Source of the DNA: Octopus sinensis
Taxonomy: Eukaryota
Direction of reading: 5' to 3'
Length of the DNA stretch: 64,000 nt
Assembly: GCF_006345805.1 (NCBI RefSeq)
Contig: NC_043002.1
Location: 85,622,001 to 85,686,000 of the forward strand
Shown piece by piece: positions 12,250 through 25,614 of this stretch; within the stretch, counting starts at the first letter, position 1; the number at the start of each line of letters is the position of its first letter. The position numbers and the translations under genes are program-made. The notes beneath the pieces are model-generated. The model was not told the DNA's origin, did not search any database, and saw only the letters and a program-made list of their open reading frames with translations.

Positions 12250-13085
12250 GTGGAGGAGTGGCTGTGTAGTAAGTAGCTTGCTTACCAACCACATGATTCT
12301 GGGTTCAGTCCTATTGCGTGGCACCTTGGGCAAGTGCATTCTACTATAGCCTCGGGCTGACCAAAGCCTTGTGAGTGGATTTGGGAGACGGAAACTGAAA
12401 GAAGCCCGTCGTATATATATAAAATAATGAAATTATTGTATACAGTGCTCAGGTGCACCACAACTTGTCAAAAGTGCGCATAAAGCATATGCAGTAATGT
12501 ACAAATGTATGGAAAGTGAACAGTGTATGAGTCAGATACATGCTTGCGTGTGTATGGAGAGGAGAAAATCAGGTGTAGTGTTGGCGAATTTCAGGAAGCA
12601 TGGAAGTTTTGAAGGATGCAGTGCTCCGACAACTAACAACTGATGCCGGCAGTTTGTTCCATGCTTCAGCAACTCTTAGCATGAAAAAATATTTTACGAA
12701 ATTCATGGGAGTTGTGCTGTTTTCTGACTTTGTAAACATGTCCAAGGGTGTTAGACAGGTGGAGTTTGAAAAGGTGCTCAGAGTTATTGTTTGTAAGATG
12801 GGTGTCTGCCAAGTCAGCTGCCAGACGTTGGAGTTTCAATATATATATATATGTGTGTGTGTGAATGTATATGTTTGTGTGTTTGTGTTTGTCCCCCCAA
12901 GATCGTTTGACAACCGATACTGGTGTGTTTACATCCCTGTTACTTAGTGGTTCGGCAGGAGAGTTTGATAGAATAGGTACTAGGCTTACAAAGAATAAGT
13001 CCTGGAGTCGATTTGCTCAACTAAAGGTGGTGCTCCAGCATAGCCGCAGTCAAATGACTGAAACAAATAAAAGAAAAGAAAAGAG
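12250..13085 (+). mobile_element. Family A SINE with a CR1-like LINE 3' end (about 12425-12838, -) inserted into its internal (TA)n
   Basis: SINE halves flank a segment ending (on minus) gtgcacctgagcactgtatacaataa. The same 3' end occurs at about 29150-29500 (-) and 32560-32820 (+). Confidence 0.75.
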
Positions 13086-13261
13086 TCCACAATTTTGGGA
13101 AATAAGACTCATGACCTGATTAGAATTATTTATTTAAATTTCTATTCAATAACTTGACTTCAGGTCAAAGTAAAAAATTTTTGATGTGTAATGATAGGGT
13201 AGACTAAAGGGTAAACTCTTGCCAAACTGTTTTACATAAGCTATCATTAAATTAAATGAAA

Positions 13262-13615
13262 TATCATCATCATCATCATCATCATTTAGTGTCTGCTTTC
13301 CATGCTAGCATGGGTTGGACGGTTCAACTGGGGTCTGGGAAGCCAGATGGCTGCACCAGGCCAAGTCTGATCTGGCAATGTTTCTACGGCTGGATGCCCT
13401 TCCTAACGGCAACCACTCCGTGAGTGTAGTGGGTGCTTTTCACGTGCCAGATGAGGCTGGCAAACAGCCACGATCGGATGGTGCTTTTTACGTGCCACCA
13501 GCACGGGGGCGAGGCGAGGCTGGCAACGGCCATGATCGGATGGTGCTTTTTACATGTCACCGGCACGGAGGCCCGTCGGGTCGGCTCTGGCCACATTCAG
13601 ATGGTTCGCTTATGT
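13262..13615 (-). mobile_element. RTE 3' UTR-type element with about 3 internal GC-rich repeat units
   Basis: (CAT)n tail on plus; units gtgccacc..gcacgggg..gaggctggcaacgg..ggatggtgcttttac. Confidence 0.8.
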
Positions 13616-14124
13616 GCCACTGTTTAATTATATATGTTAAATTATTGATAGTGTTGTGTTGGTAACATCTGCAAATATATTATTCATTGTTTATAGATGT
13701 CTATTGAGGCATGACTAACACCTTCAATTTTCTCTAACACCAAAACAACACCAAATCGGAATTTACACAGAATATATGTTGTCATAGTGTGTCTAATTAT
13801 AAATCAGGTGTTATACATTTGGTACCTGTGATACACTTCCATTAGCCAGTACAAAATCATGAAATGGTATTTTGCATATGTAATGAGGATTTTGCGAACA
13901 TTTCTGTATGTGAAAATGTATATGTGTTATTAAAGGAGCTAATTTATAGTGTTCTCTATAGTTGATAGTTAGGAATATCAACTGCACACACACACGTGTG
14001 CATGCATGCATGCATGTGCACATACACATACACACATATAATGTAATAATGGATGATATATAATGTGCATGAAGAGTAAAATTTTCCTGAAAGAAAAATA
14101 TGAAGTTTTTTTTTTTGCATGTGT

Positions 14125-14155
<31 letters not shown>

Positions 14156-14714
14156 CATCCATGTGTATGTGTGTATGTGCATTACTGGATGAGTGTGCAC
14201 ACTCATCACTGTGTTTTTGTATGTAGTTATGTGTGCATGTGTGTATAAAGCCATACACAGATACATACATGCATACACACACATATCATCTACAATAGAA
14301 CTAGAACTGTACATTATGTTTTTATATGGAAAGAAATCATTTTCAATATCCCAGAGGAGAGATGCTTTCTATTATGTATTATACACACACATACACATGC
14401 ACACACACATACACACACACACACACACATACATAGATGCTCGTACATGTCTATGTTTGTATGCAATTGAAAATGTTGATAATGTCTCATATCTGCAGAA
14501 GATATTACAGATATAACACTGCTCTTAAAAAATTCTGGTGCCTTGAAAGTTATTTTTTATATATAGGATATATTTGGGATGTTGGCATTCCATTAGGTTT
14601 ATCCTATCAGTTCTAGTTTTGGAAATACAGTATATCTCTTTATATGCTAATGTATCTACTCACAAACTAAATTAGGGATCTCAGTTGCCATAAAGATTTT
14701 GATGCCTTAGTTAT

Positions 14715-14940
14715 TTAACCCTTTCGTTACCAACCCGGCTGAAACCAGCTCTGACTCTGAGTACAAATGTCTCGTTTTCATGTTTTGAATCAAAATCTTC
14801 CACCAAACCTTAGTCACAATATATGTTTCTAACACTAGCTTAATGATAACTAAGTTATTTTACTAAATTCTTTATTATATTTAAAGTAATTGAAAGAAAC
14901 ACAGAGCATCTCAAAATAAATACAGTAACGAAAGGGTTAA
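14715..14940 (+). mobile_element. MITE with TTAA target duplication (piggyBac/Kolobok-like)
   Basis: ttaaccctttcgttac ... gtaacgaaagggttaa: perfect 16-nt inverted ends including TTAA. Second copy at 57729-57956. Confidence 0.9.
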
Positions 14941-15736
14941 CATTCTTGAGAAAATTTAGGGTATTAATTCCGAATACAGTACCAGTTTCACTTTATCAGC
15001 TCTTATCAAATAGTGATCAGCTGTTTTGATACAGAAATTGGTTATTATTATAAAGTTTTAAAGACTATAATTTTAAATCAATGTTAAGAATAATAACAAG
15101 ACATTTACTAACAGAGAAAATATTTAAAGTAGAATAAAATTTATTATTAGATTTTTTTTTTGATGGAGACAGTAATTTTCACCCAGTGGCTTATTCGAAG
15201 CCAAAAGGTGTAAACAAATTTCATAATTAATGTTATTAATATATCAGTTGTTATTATTAAAACAACCATTGAATTAGTATCTTTAATAACTGTAATCCAA
15301 AAATAAACATAAATTATATAAAAAGATCAGTTGTCATAACATAAGAAGCCTCTTTTTTTTATAGGCTTTTATCTGCTGATAGTTCATGCAGTAGTCAGCC
15401 AATATGTATATATTACTTTCATCTGTCTTTACATTCTGAGTTCAAATTCTGCTGAGGTTGACTTTGCCTTTCATCCTTTCGGGATCAATAAATTAAGTAC
15501 CAGTTGCATACTGGGATCAATCTAATTGACTGGCACCCTTTCCAAAAATGCCTTGTGCCTAGAGTAGAAAAGAATGTGTATGTATTGTATCATTTCTGGT
15601 ACTTGTTTATATACTCTGATAAAACCTTTCTTCTTCTTTACTTAATTCATCAAGCATTTTTTTTTTTTTTGGCAAACAATGGACATAAAAGATCTCTATG
15701 CTTGTGTTAACGCCAAGCATACTAAAATTGCTGAAT

Positions 15737-15895
15737 ATGCAGGCATGGCTGTGTAGTAAGAAGCTTACTTCTCAACCACATGGTTCTGGGTTCAGTCCCA
15801 CTGTGTGGCACCTTGGGTAAGTGTTTTCTACTATAGCCTCATGCCGACCAAACCTTGTGTGTGCATTTGGTAGACAGAAACTGAAAGAAGCCTAC

Positions 15896-15942
<47 letters not shown>

Positions 15943-16140
15943 ACTTGCTTGTGTCTGTGTTTGTCTCCCACCACTACTTGACAACTAGTGTTGGTGTTTT
16001 TACATCCCTGTAGCTTCGTGGTTCAGCAAAATATATCAATAGTATAAGTGCCAGGCTGGGTTGATTCATTTGACTAGAAATTCTTTAAGGAAGTGCTCTA
16101 GCATGGCCACAATCTAAATGATTGAAACAAGTAAACTGGT
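15737..16140 (+). mobile_element. Family A SINE (a family B2 fragment lies just upstream at about 15420-15575)
   Basis: Family head, core and tail motifs. Confidence 0.8.
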
Positions 16141-17676
16141 AAAAAAAAAGGTTATGTTTTCTCTTGGATTAGAGTAGTTTTCTGCCTTATGGCTGCCAAG
16201 AAACACTTGGTAACTAGAATATTGTCCATTGAATTCTTGAATGGTAACATTTTTATATGCTCTCTTATCTAGAGATTATAAAAATCCCTAATTAAATTTT
16301 GCCTTGCTCAATTCCAGGCAATTTACTGCATAAGTAGAGCATAAGCTTTCTTTGTTCAATGGTTTTTACTCTTAGCCTTTGTGATGAAATAAACTACTAT
16401 GATAATACGTTTTAATAGCATGCAATATATTGATAGTATTAGTACTGTTAGCATCTATATAGCAGGTCATTTGATACTTAGATCTGATACTGTTGCCATT
16501 TTTTGGTATCATTGCCTGATATATAGCAAAGAATAGGTTTAATCTCTAATGCACCAAAATGTAAAGTACACTTAGGTCTTTTGATACCGATCCACCCAAG
16601 ACCACTTCTGCTTCTATGGAGCAAACCTCATGTTTAAAGTTATCTAAATTAAATCCTTCTTTCAAAATTTCATGATTTATGTTCCAAACATCAGGTTAAT
16701 AACAACAAAGTTCATTTATTAAATTCTTTTCAAAATCAATTGAAACAAAGGCAGTGTTTTTCAACAGAAATATGGTTACAAAAAGTTAAGTTAAGGTCCT
16801 TAATTTCAATACATGAGTGGGTACATCACAATAGAAGGGCTGTATCAGCTGTACCTCCAAAACTAGAACTGGTAGAGAAATTCTGATGGTATATTTGGAG
16901 TCAATACCTAAAACATACCCAGTTTTAAGTCTCACTTCTAAGGCATCAAAATATGTGTTGGCCAGTGTTAGTGTAATTAGGTACTTTTGTATGGTGACTG
17001 TTAAAAGGCATAGGCATAACAGAGAACAAAAAGAAGTGACATCATAAGCACAAACTGTGATTTTTGGGCTCAGTGTCACCAAATTAGTCAAAAACAGTTT
17101 TTAGATACAAGTCAGCAAAAATTATGTTGCTTTAAAGTATCAATATTTCATTATTTCTGTATAACATGATTAGTAAGAAGCTTGCCTTGGGATAAACATT
17201 AAAAAATCCTCCTGTCATTAAGTATATTCATACATTTCAGCATAAAAGCTTTTGGTTTGTTAATGAAACCTCTGTGCAATTGTTCAATCTATAAGAAATT
17301 ACACCCATATATTCCTCAAATTATCATTTAGTTTTTTTTGGGGTTTTTTTTTATTAATAATTTAACTAGAAGAAATGGGTTGTTCTCATGTCTTTTACTG
17401 GCCCCCAGTATTCCTATGATTTATTTGGTTGATGGTCATCTCAAGTATCTGTTAATCAATAACTTCAAGGAAAAAAAATAAACAAAGCAGGAAATTCAAA
17501 AGGATTGATGCCTGGGAAAGAAGGGTAGGTTCAAGTGGCTAGTGTGAAGACTGGAAGAGTAAGAGGGTTGCAGACATTATGAACAAGATAAAAGGAGATA
17601 AATGTGTTGAAGAGGACACTTAGGAAAGAGATAAGTTGATTACACAAACTTGTTTTCCCACGTATTTATAACATAC

Positions 17677-17773
17677 CAATTCTTGGGCACTAATTTCCTT
17701 CATCTCCTCCATTGATGTAATGAGACAGGCATAACCCTGTTGACATTCATACTTTCTGGTCTCATCATTCATC
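17677..17773 (-). CDS. Candidate internal coding exon of an unidentified gene
   Basis: Acceptor ttcctgaagaaattctttccag, donor TTG|gtatgt, 97 nt with a single open frame (phase 2 to 0): MNDETRKYECQQGYACLITSMEEMKEISAQEL. Confidence 0.5.
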
Positions 17774-18058
17774 CTGGAAAGAATTTCTTCAGGAAAACAT
17801 TGAAGAAAATACTTAGCGACTTTGCTTCTAAGCTCAAAGGTTTTTCAAAGCCTGCTTCACCAAGGAAAGCATCAATGCAGTGATGAGCTATGTCATCACA
17901 TCTGCTCAGGATCAATAAATCCCTATATAAATTCTATTCTGATGTATACAGATGGCACTGAAATATTACTCCAATTATTTTCTGCAAGTACAAATTCTTT
18001 CTAATTAAATCATTAATCAGTTACAAATAAATATATAATTAAAAAATATCACCAAATT

Positions 18059-18490
18059 TGGATCTTTTCAGTTTGAACGGCAGTTTTTTCTAGCGGTGTC
18101 ATATGAAATTGTCACCCATAATTATGACCCTAGTATCGATCTATTGCATTTCAATCTGTTTTAGGGTTAGGGTTAGTTAATGTTAGGGTTAAGGGTGGGG
18201 GAAAGGTATCTTTTTTTCTTCACAAATGTAAATAAACCCAATCTGTTTCTTAAACGAGGGACATATATGGCACAGAATGTTTTTTTTACCTCAATAGACA
18301 TCACTGATTGGTTGAAATTGCAGAAATTGAAGGAAAAAAACAACAAATATCTTACAAACTATAGAAATTTCTCAATAAAGCCAAGAGAAAAAGATGCTTT
18401 ATAAACACATATTACCAGTATACGAAGTTTAAAATTTTTTAGTTGCCTAGAAATTATGTTAAAAACTGCCGTTCAAACCGAAAAGATCCC
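18059..18490. mobile_element. MITE with about 28-nt TIRs and an internal TTAGGG motif
   Basis: ggatcttttcagtttgaacggcagtttt / aaaactgccgttcaaaccgaaaagatcc; flanking caaatt on both sides; ttagggttagggttag at about 18162-18177. Confidence 0.85.
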
Positions 18491-19666
18491 CAAATTCTAA
18501 TTCACTGCTATGATGCTTGAAAATTAAAGGAACAAAAAGGAAGGCCAAAGAAATTTATTTAATAAACTGCAAAAACTAAATGTATATGTTGTAAACAAGA
18601 AGTATTTCGAATAAGAGGCTAAATTTTGTTTCTTTCACAGCAGAGTGCTTAGTTCCTGAACCCCAAACAACAACACTGCTTAAACTTCAGTTATGTGCAG
18701 TTCAGGTCTCAGCAAAAGTTGTGGTTACTTACAGTGCAGGTCTTTTAAGATTAAGCAGTAACTTTTAAGCTTAAGATTTCCAGGCAAAGAGAAAAAAAAT
18801 ATCTAATATATTGCCCTATTTTGTAAATGGGAAAGTAAAAGTATTCAAAACTTTCCAAAAGTTTAGCATGTGTAATTATCTTATTCAGAAATTATGCATT
18901 CAGAAATTTTGGCCAGTCAGTCATTTTAGCCAATCAGAAACTAGTAGTCTTTGGAGTCATATATTTTTGACTACGGGGGAAAATTTGCTCTGACTCACTG
19001 ACATTTTCTTGTGTCATACACTTGACACCAGACTAGTTGACCAGTTGTTCTTACTAGACTCATTTCTGCTTCAAATTTCTCTCAGTGAGGATGGGTAAGC
19101 TGTATTTTTTTTTATGTCCCTCTCTTTGAACTAAACACTAGCCTTAGTCTAACCTCAATAAAATAGTTTCTACCACTCCAAATACATATATGTTTAACTT
19201 ATTTTTTCTCTTTTTATCTAGTTTGCACATATTTGACTTTACAGCAAATTTTCCCATTGAGACAGAAACATACATTGTTTCATAAGATATTTCTATGACA
19301 AGTTAACTATATAATTACTGATGAACATTTTTCACAAATTTATGTAAACTTGCCTAGATTAATGTAGTAAATTAAGATCTGTAATGTTCTGTCTCTAAAT
19401 TCTGTTCTATTTCAGCCTGTATTCTCAAACCACATGCTTTGGGATTATTATGACATTATTTACCTACAAGTTCCACCAAGATCTGCTTTTGTTGGTATTC
19501 AGGAAATAAAAGAAAACATATGTGACTAATTCCTGTTATTACACCTATGAGCTCCTCATTATTGCATTCTTAAATTCTAGTGATGAAGCTGTCTATCTTT
19601 ATTAGCTACCAGCTCCTTCTTTATGACCTTAATTTGAATAATTAAAAAGAGAAAAACAACTTGCAT

Positions 19667-19702
<36 letters not shown>

Positions 19703-19941
19703 ACACACACACACACACCACACACACACACACACACACATATAGTAATTTCTTAACTGTTTACACATTGGCATGCTAGTTTAAACAATGATATAGATTT
19801 GGTAGAATAGTTACTGAAATATAAATATGCACAAACCAGATTCAAGATATCTACCTATCTCTCTGTGCATGTATTTATATGTTCACACACACACATACAT
19901 ACATATATATATATATATACATACATACATACATACATATG

Positions 19942-19983
<42 letters not shown>

Positions 19984-19985
<2 letters not shown>

Positions 19986-20320
19986 GGTGCATGGCTCAGA
20001 GGTTAGAGCATCGAGCTTACGATTGTGAGGTTGTGAGTTTGAATCCCGGACCAGGCTGCATGTTGTGTTCTTGAGCAAGACACTTTATTTCACATTGCTC
20101 CAGTTTACTCAGCTGTAGAAATGAGTTGTGACGTCACAGGTACCAAGCTGTATCGGCCTTTGCCTTTCCCTTGGATAACACTGGTGGCATGGAGAGGGGA
20201 GGCTGGTATGCATGGGTGACTGCTGGTCTTCCATAAAGAACCTTGCCCGTACTTGTGCCTGGGAGGGTAACTTCCTTGGTGCAATCACATGGTCTGTGTC
20301 ATGACTGAAGGGGATCTCAG
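19984..20320 (+). mobile_element. tRNA-derived SINE of a third family
   Basis: A-box-like tggctcagaggttag, B-box-like gagtttgaatcc, tcttgagcaagacacttt core. A related head fragment lies at about 43062-43128. Confidence 0.7.
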
Positions 20321-20352
<32 letters not shown>

Positions 20353-20415
20353 GAGAAGAAATGAAAAAAAGTTATGACCGCTTACAGAAATCAAAAGGTT
20401 TTGGAAACTTCATAC

Positions 20416-20591
20416 CAGTCATGGGCAAACTGTGGCCCACGGGCCCACATGCAACCCATAGGACATTCTGAATGATATGCCTAATGAAGAATTACTTTCG
20501 GTGTTTTTTTGGGTTTTTTTTAGCAGTGCAGCCTGATGACAATAAACCATATCTCATGTGGCACTCTTCTCATAAAAGTTGCCCATACCTG
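20416..20591. mobile_element. hAT-type MITE
   Basis: TIR-like ends cagtcatgggcaaact / aagttgcccatacctg; 8-bp TSD cttcatac / ctttatac (7/8). Confidence 0.8.
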
Positions 20592-20892
20592 CTTTATACC
20601 CTGCTAACCACTCCACCAAGGTGTTATCACCTGTGTTTAGACATAGGTACAGGTATGATTTTAAGTTCAGTCCAAGTGTATAGCATCTTGGATGGGTGAC
20701 ATATTCTGTAGACTCAGGCTGACCAAACCTTGTGAGTGGAATTGGTGGAAGGAAATTGTATGGAAACTCACCATCTCTTTCCTTCTCTCTCTCTCTCTTT
20801 CTCTTTCTTTGTCTTTCTCTCTTTCTTTCTGTCTGTCTGTCTGAAAATAAACAGCAGGGCATGTGTGTGTGTATATATATATATACATACAT

Positions 20893-21340
20893 ATATCATC
20901 ATCATCATCATCATACATCCAGTTTCCATACTGGCATGGGTTGGACAGTTTGACAGAAGCTGAGCTGCTGAAGGGCTGTTTAGGCTCCATGTCTGTTTTC
21001 CATGGTTTCTACAACTGGACACCGTTCCTAACATCAACCACTTTACAGAGTGTACTGGGTGCCTTTATGCAAGACCAGTATGGGTGCCTTTTATGTGGCA
21101 CCAGTACTTATGAGCCCTCAAGATTAAGAGTGCTCATTTGGTGAGGGTTACAAGGGATGAGCCTATATGCAAGGATGTCCATACTCTTACTTAGCTTGCC
21201 ATGTCTTTTCATGCACAGCAAACCACCAGGAGTTTTGGTCCCTTGTCATCCCCTCCATGAGTCCCAACATTTGTAGATCCTTTCTCACCACTTCATCCCA
21301 CTTGTACCTGGGTCTGCCACTTCCACATGTCTACCAGGTA
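20893..21340 (-). mobile_element. Degraded RTE LINE 3' end
   Basis: Minus strand gives W..VVRKDLQMLGLMEGMTRDQNSW, homologous to the ORF end at about 45963-46080; (GAT)n tail. Confidence 0.7.
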
Positions 21341-21454
21341 GCGTCACCTTACTGGCACTTGTGCCCGTGCTAGTAGGGTGCCGTACACTCAGTATACATT
21401 ATACGTTTTTACCCTGTATTTACAATACATTTTTGCATTTATTATATATATTCT

Positions 21455-21811
21455 TTTACTTGTTTCAGTTATTTTACCATTGCCATGCTGGGGCACTACC
21501 TTTAATCGAACAAATCGACCCCAGGACTTATTCTTTGTAAGCCTAGTACTTATTCTATTGGTCTCTTCTGCTGAGCTGCTAGGTGACGGGGATGTAAACA
21601 CACCAACTTTGGTTGCCAAGCAATGGTGGGGGGGACAAACGCAGACACAAATAGTACATACATACATACATGCATACATACATACATACGTACGCACGTA
21701 CGACAGGCTTCTTTCAGTTTCTGTCTACCAAATCCACTCACAAGACTTTGGTCAGCCTGAGGCTACAGTAGAAGACACTTGTCCAAGGTTCCATGCAGTG
21801 GGATATGTATG

Positions 21812-21842
<31 letters not shown>

Positions 21843-22076
21843 ATATATAACATATATATATATATATACACATATATATATATATATACACATATATATA
21901 TATATAACACATCATATATATATATACACATATATATATATATATACACAATATATATATATACACATATATTATATATATACACATATATATAATATAT
22001 ATACACATATATATATATATATATTATACACACAATATATATATATATATACACATATAATATATATATACACAAT

Positions 22077-22130
<54 letters not shown>

Positions 22131-22372
22131 TATATATATGCACATATATATATATAATATATATATATATCTTTTAGCTTTTACTTGTTATAGTCATTTG
22201 ACTGTGGCCATGCTAAGGCACCACCTTGATGGGTTCAACTGAACAAATTGATACCAGTATGTATTATTTTCCCTTTTCTTTTTGAGCCTGGTGTTTATTG
22301 TAATGGTCTCTTTTGCTGAACTGCTATTTGGTGATGGAAGACAAGCATAAACACAGGCACACAAGTATATGC

Positions 22373-22420
<48 letters not shown>

Positions 22421-23361
22421 TACACGCACATACACACATGCATATACACACACAATGAGCTTCTTTCAGTTTTTGTCTACCAAATACATTCACGAGGCAG
22501 TGGTCAGCCCAGGGTAGTTGTAGGAGGCACTTGCCCAAGGTTCCATAACATAGGGCTGAACCTGAAATGATAGCATTGAGAAGTGAGCATCTTAACCACA
22601 CAGCTATGCATGCACCTATAGCCATGCCCACACCTATATATATATATATATGTATACACACACACATATATACATACACAAACACACACACACACACATG
22701 TAGGATAATAGGGTAATTTTGGAAATCATATACTCAGCCGATGAGTTGTGATCATTTATTCGTAAACAGGCGATGATGATGATGAAGATGATGATGCCAA
22801 CAATGGCAACAATAGTAATAATGATTGGTGATTAGAGCAAGGTAATAGATAATTTGTAATTGTGGTGGCAGTCATGGCTGTTGTGAAGATATTAATGGTA
22901 GTGGTAATGTTGGTGGTGGTGGTGGTGGTTGTCTAGGGAAAGAAGACAATTTATTTGAAGAGGCATTCGATACTCACAAACCGCATGGTACTAATTGCAT
23001 ATCACTGTTGAAGTATATGGGGATGAAGAAATGAGAGGCTTTAAACTGTTTTGTTTAAAGACAAATTAATGCCTGCAATAGTAACAGACTTCAAGAAATC
23101 TGAGTGCTTTCCAAAGTGTACTGATACAAAAATAATCTTTTGCATACAGACAAACACACACACTCTCTCTCTCTCTCTCACACACACACACTCACATGTA
23201 CACATATGCACATATGCATACACACATGTACATGCACACACACACACAAACACATATATGAAAATCCTCATAATTTTATGCTCACTTTTCCATGCTGGTA
23301 TGCATGGGATGCCTTCCTTGGTGTGTACCATGCTCATCAACTTAGCAATGCATATATAAAT

Positions 23362-23394
<33 letters not shown>

Positions 23395-23456
23395 GTACAT
23401 ATGCATATGTATGTATGTACCTATATATGTATATATGTGTGTGATGATGATGGTGA

Positions 23457-23513
<57 letters not shown>

Positions 23514-24590
23514 TATGCATATGTTTGTATGTATATAGTGGCTGTGTGGTAAGAAGCTTGCTTCCCAACCACATGGTTCCAGGTTCAGTCCTGCTGGTTC
23601 GCACCTTGGGCAAGTGATTTCTACTATAGCCTCAGGCCGACCAACACTTTGTTAGTGAATTAGGTAGATGGAAATTGAAAGAAGCCCATCATATATAATA
23701 TGCATATAGGAAAGGGTGCTGGAAAGTTCTTGGTTTTAAGGGTATCACAAAAGGTCTGATTGGAGGCCCAGTCTTCCAAGTTCTTTTATAGGGCTTAGAG
23801 AAATGGAAGGGTCACTGCAATAAGTCTGTGAATCTGAGAGGGGAATATGTTGGATAAAATCATAATTAACTGATCCTCCTGTATTTTCTTTTACCCAAAG
23901 CCAGGAACTTTTCAGCCCCCACCCCTATATATTATCTGCTGTCTTAATAAACCTCAGTATAGACTTTTTGTAATCAACTTTATATGAACACTACTGAATT
24001 ATTTCTTCAATTATGTTGACCTTTCATAGAACCTTATAATTCATGACCAACTTCAATATTACATGCGCGATAAAATAATAGTTACTATTAAATGTTTGCT
24101 TGGTGTTCCTATGTAAGACATACAGCCTTATATGCATACCTACTATGCAACATATACTTTTTGTTTTTCTTATATGTATATGTTTTGTGTCTTTATGCTT
24201 ATACTCTTTTACCTGTTTCCGTCATTTGACTGTGGCCATGCTGGAGCACCACCTTTAGTCGAGCAAATCAACCCCAGGACTTATTCTTTGTAAGCCTAGT
24301 ACTTATTCTATCGGTCTTGTTTGCCAAACCGCTAAGTTACAGGGATGTAAACACACCAGCCTCGGTTGTCAAGCGATGTTGGGGTACAAACACATACACA
24401 CAAACATATACACACACATACATATATATACATATATATGACAGGCTTCTTTCAGTTTCTGTCTACCAAATCCACTCACAAAGCTTTGGTCAGCCCAAGG
24501 CTATAGAAGACACTTGCCCAAGGTGCCATGCAGTGGGACTGAACCCGGAACCATGTGGTTGGTAAGCAAGCTACTTACCACACAGCCACT
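21455..24590. mobile_element. Cluster of family A SINEs (about 21455-21805 -, 22170-22620 -, 23535-23695 +, 24200-24590 -) among (TA)n/(CA)n arrays
   Basis: Family A motifs; long degenerate (TA)n at about 21810-22170. Confidence 0.8.
23707..23927 (+). mobile_element. Internally deleted mariner-type element
   Basis: TA-flanked inverted ends (gggtgctggaaagttcttgg / ccaggaacttttcagccccc). Retains a transposase C-terminus-like LEKWKGHCNKSVNLRGEYVG*. Confidence 0.65.
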
Positions 24591-25166
24591 CTTTATGTGA
24601 ATTTCCAAACTATAAAATACTTGTGTGTATTTTTAATCATTCAAAGTCCATTTGTATGCTTACATGTAGTTGTGTATTTGTGTTTACTTATGTGTGCATC
24701 TGTTTGTATGAATGTCAGAATAAATATATATATACATGATCTGAAAGTGCATTGAAAAAAACTGCTTTAAACTTTAACAAGCTGAATGACAGTGAAAGTT
24801 GGTCAGTAGAATGTGATTTTTTCATTTGCAAAACCTATTTTGCCTACAACATACACAAAAATTTATTCAGCGAAACATTTTTTTACACTAAGTCTCTTTT
24901 ATATGAAAACTTTTTTTGTACATAGACTTTTGCCTGTGCAAAACTTTTCAGTAATATGCAATTCTCTCTCTTTTGTTTGTGTTGGTGTGTATGTGTGTGA
25001 AACTTATCCTGTAAAAACTTGCTCTAACATTTTTGCGGTAAAACTTTTATATGGAAACATTTGTTATGTGAACACATATCTTTGTATTTTTACTTTTATA
25101 CATATATAATAGATATATCTCCTCCTATGCTAAAAGTGTATAACTTATTGTATTCAAACAAATATA

Positions 25167-25534
25167 TCTTTATACATATAATCGGTAAAATGTCTGTCTG
25201 CATGTGTGTCCTTTATACAAATCCACAATTTTTCAATTAGAGGGCTCGCACTTTCTATGGTCATTCAAAACCGTTCAAGAGTGGGCGTGCACCTCTATAC
25301 ATTTCCCCAGTCACCCCGTAAAGCCATTAAAAAATCAATAGAAGTGCCTTTTTTGTGAATTTTCTATCCAAAACCCAATCAAAATGCCCGAAACTTGATA
25401 CGAAAATTGAATGCCAGCTAGCTGTATGTGATTGGTTGGAGATTTGGACAGTACTCGCGTGTATGTGCACACACACACAACTGTATATGCATGCACTTGC
25501 ACTATGACCAGGCGTTGCCGGGTCATAGTGCTAG
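25167..25534 (+). mobile_element. Non-autonomous Helitron-like element
   Basis: A|TC 5' end, CTAG|T 3' end, terminal hairpin gcactatgacc...ggtcatagtgc, no TSD. Second copy at 56806-57172. Confidence 0.8.
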
Positions 25535-25614
25535 TATCCTTAAATCCTTAAAAATGTTTTAACCCAAAGGCCGCGGCCATGCTGGGGCACCTATAAAAAT
25601 TTAGCATATTTTCA

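Noticed and set aside
16200-17090. Additional minus-strand exon candidates and a CFAP69-like VNC..KA motif
   Set aside because: Phases do not join consistently, splice sites are weak, and the similarity is within what manual searching finds by chance; no gene symbol assigned.
18162-18190. TTAGGG as a true telomere or fusion scar
   Set aside because: Only 2-3 units, internal to a TIR-bounded MITE.
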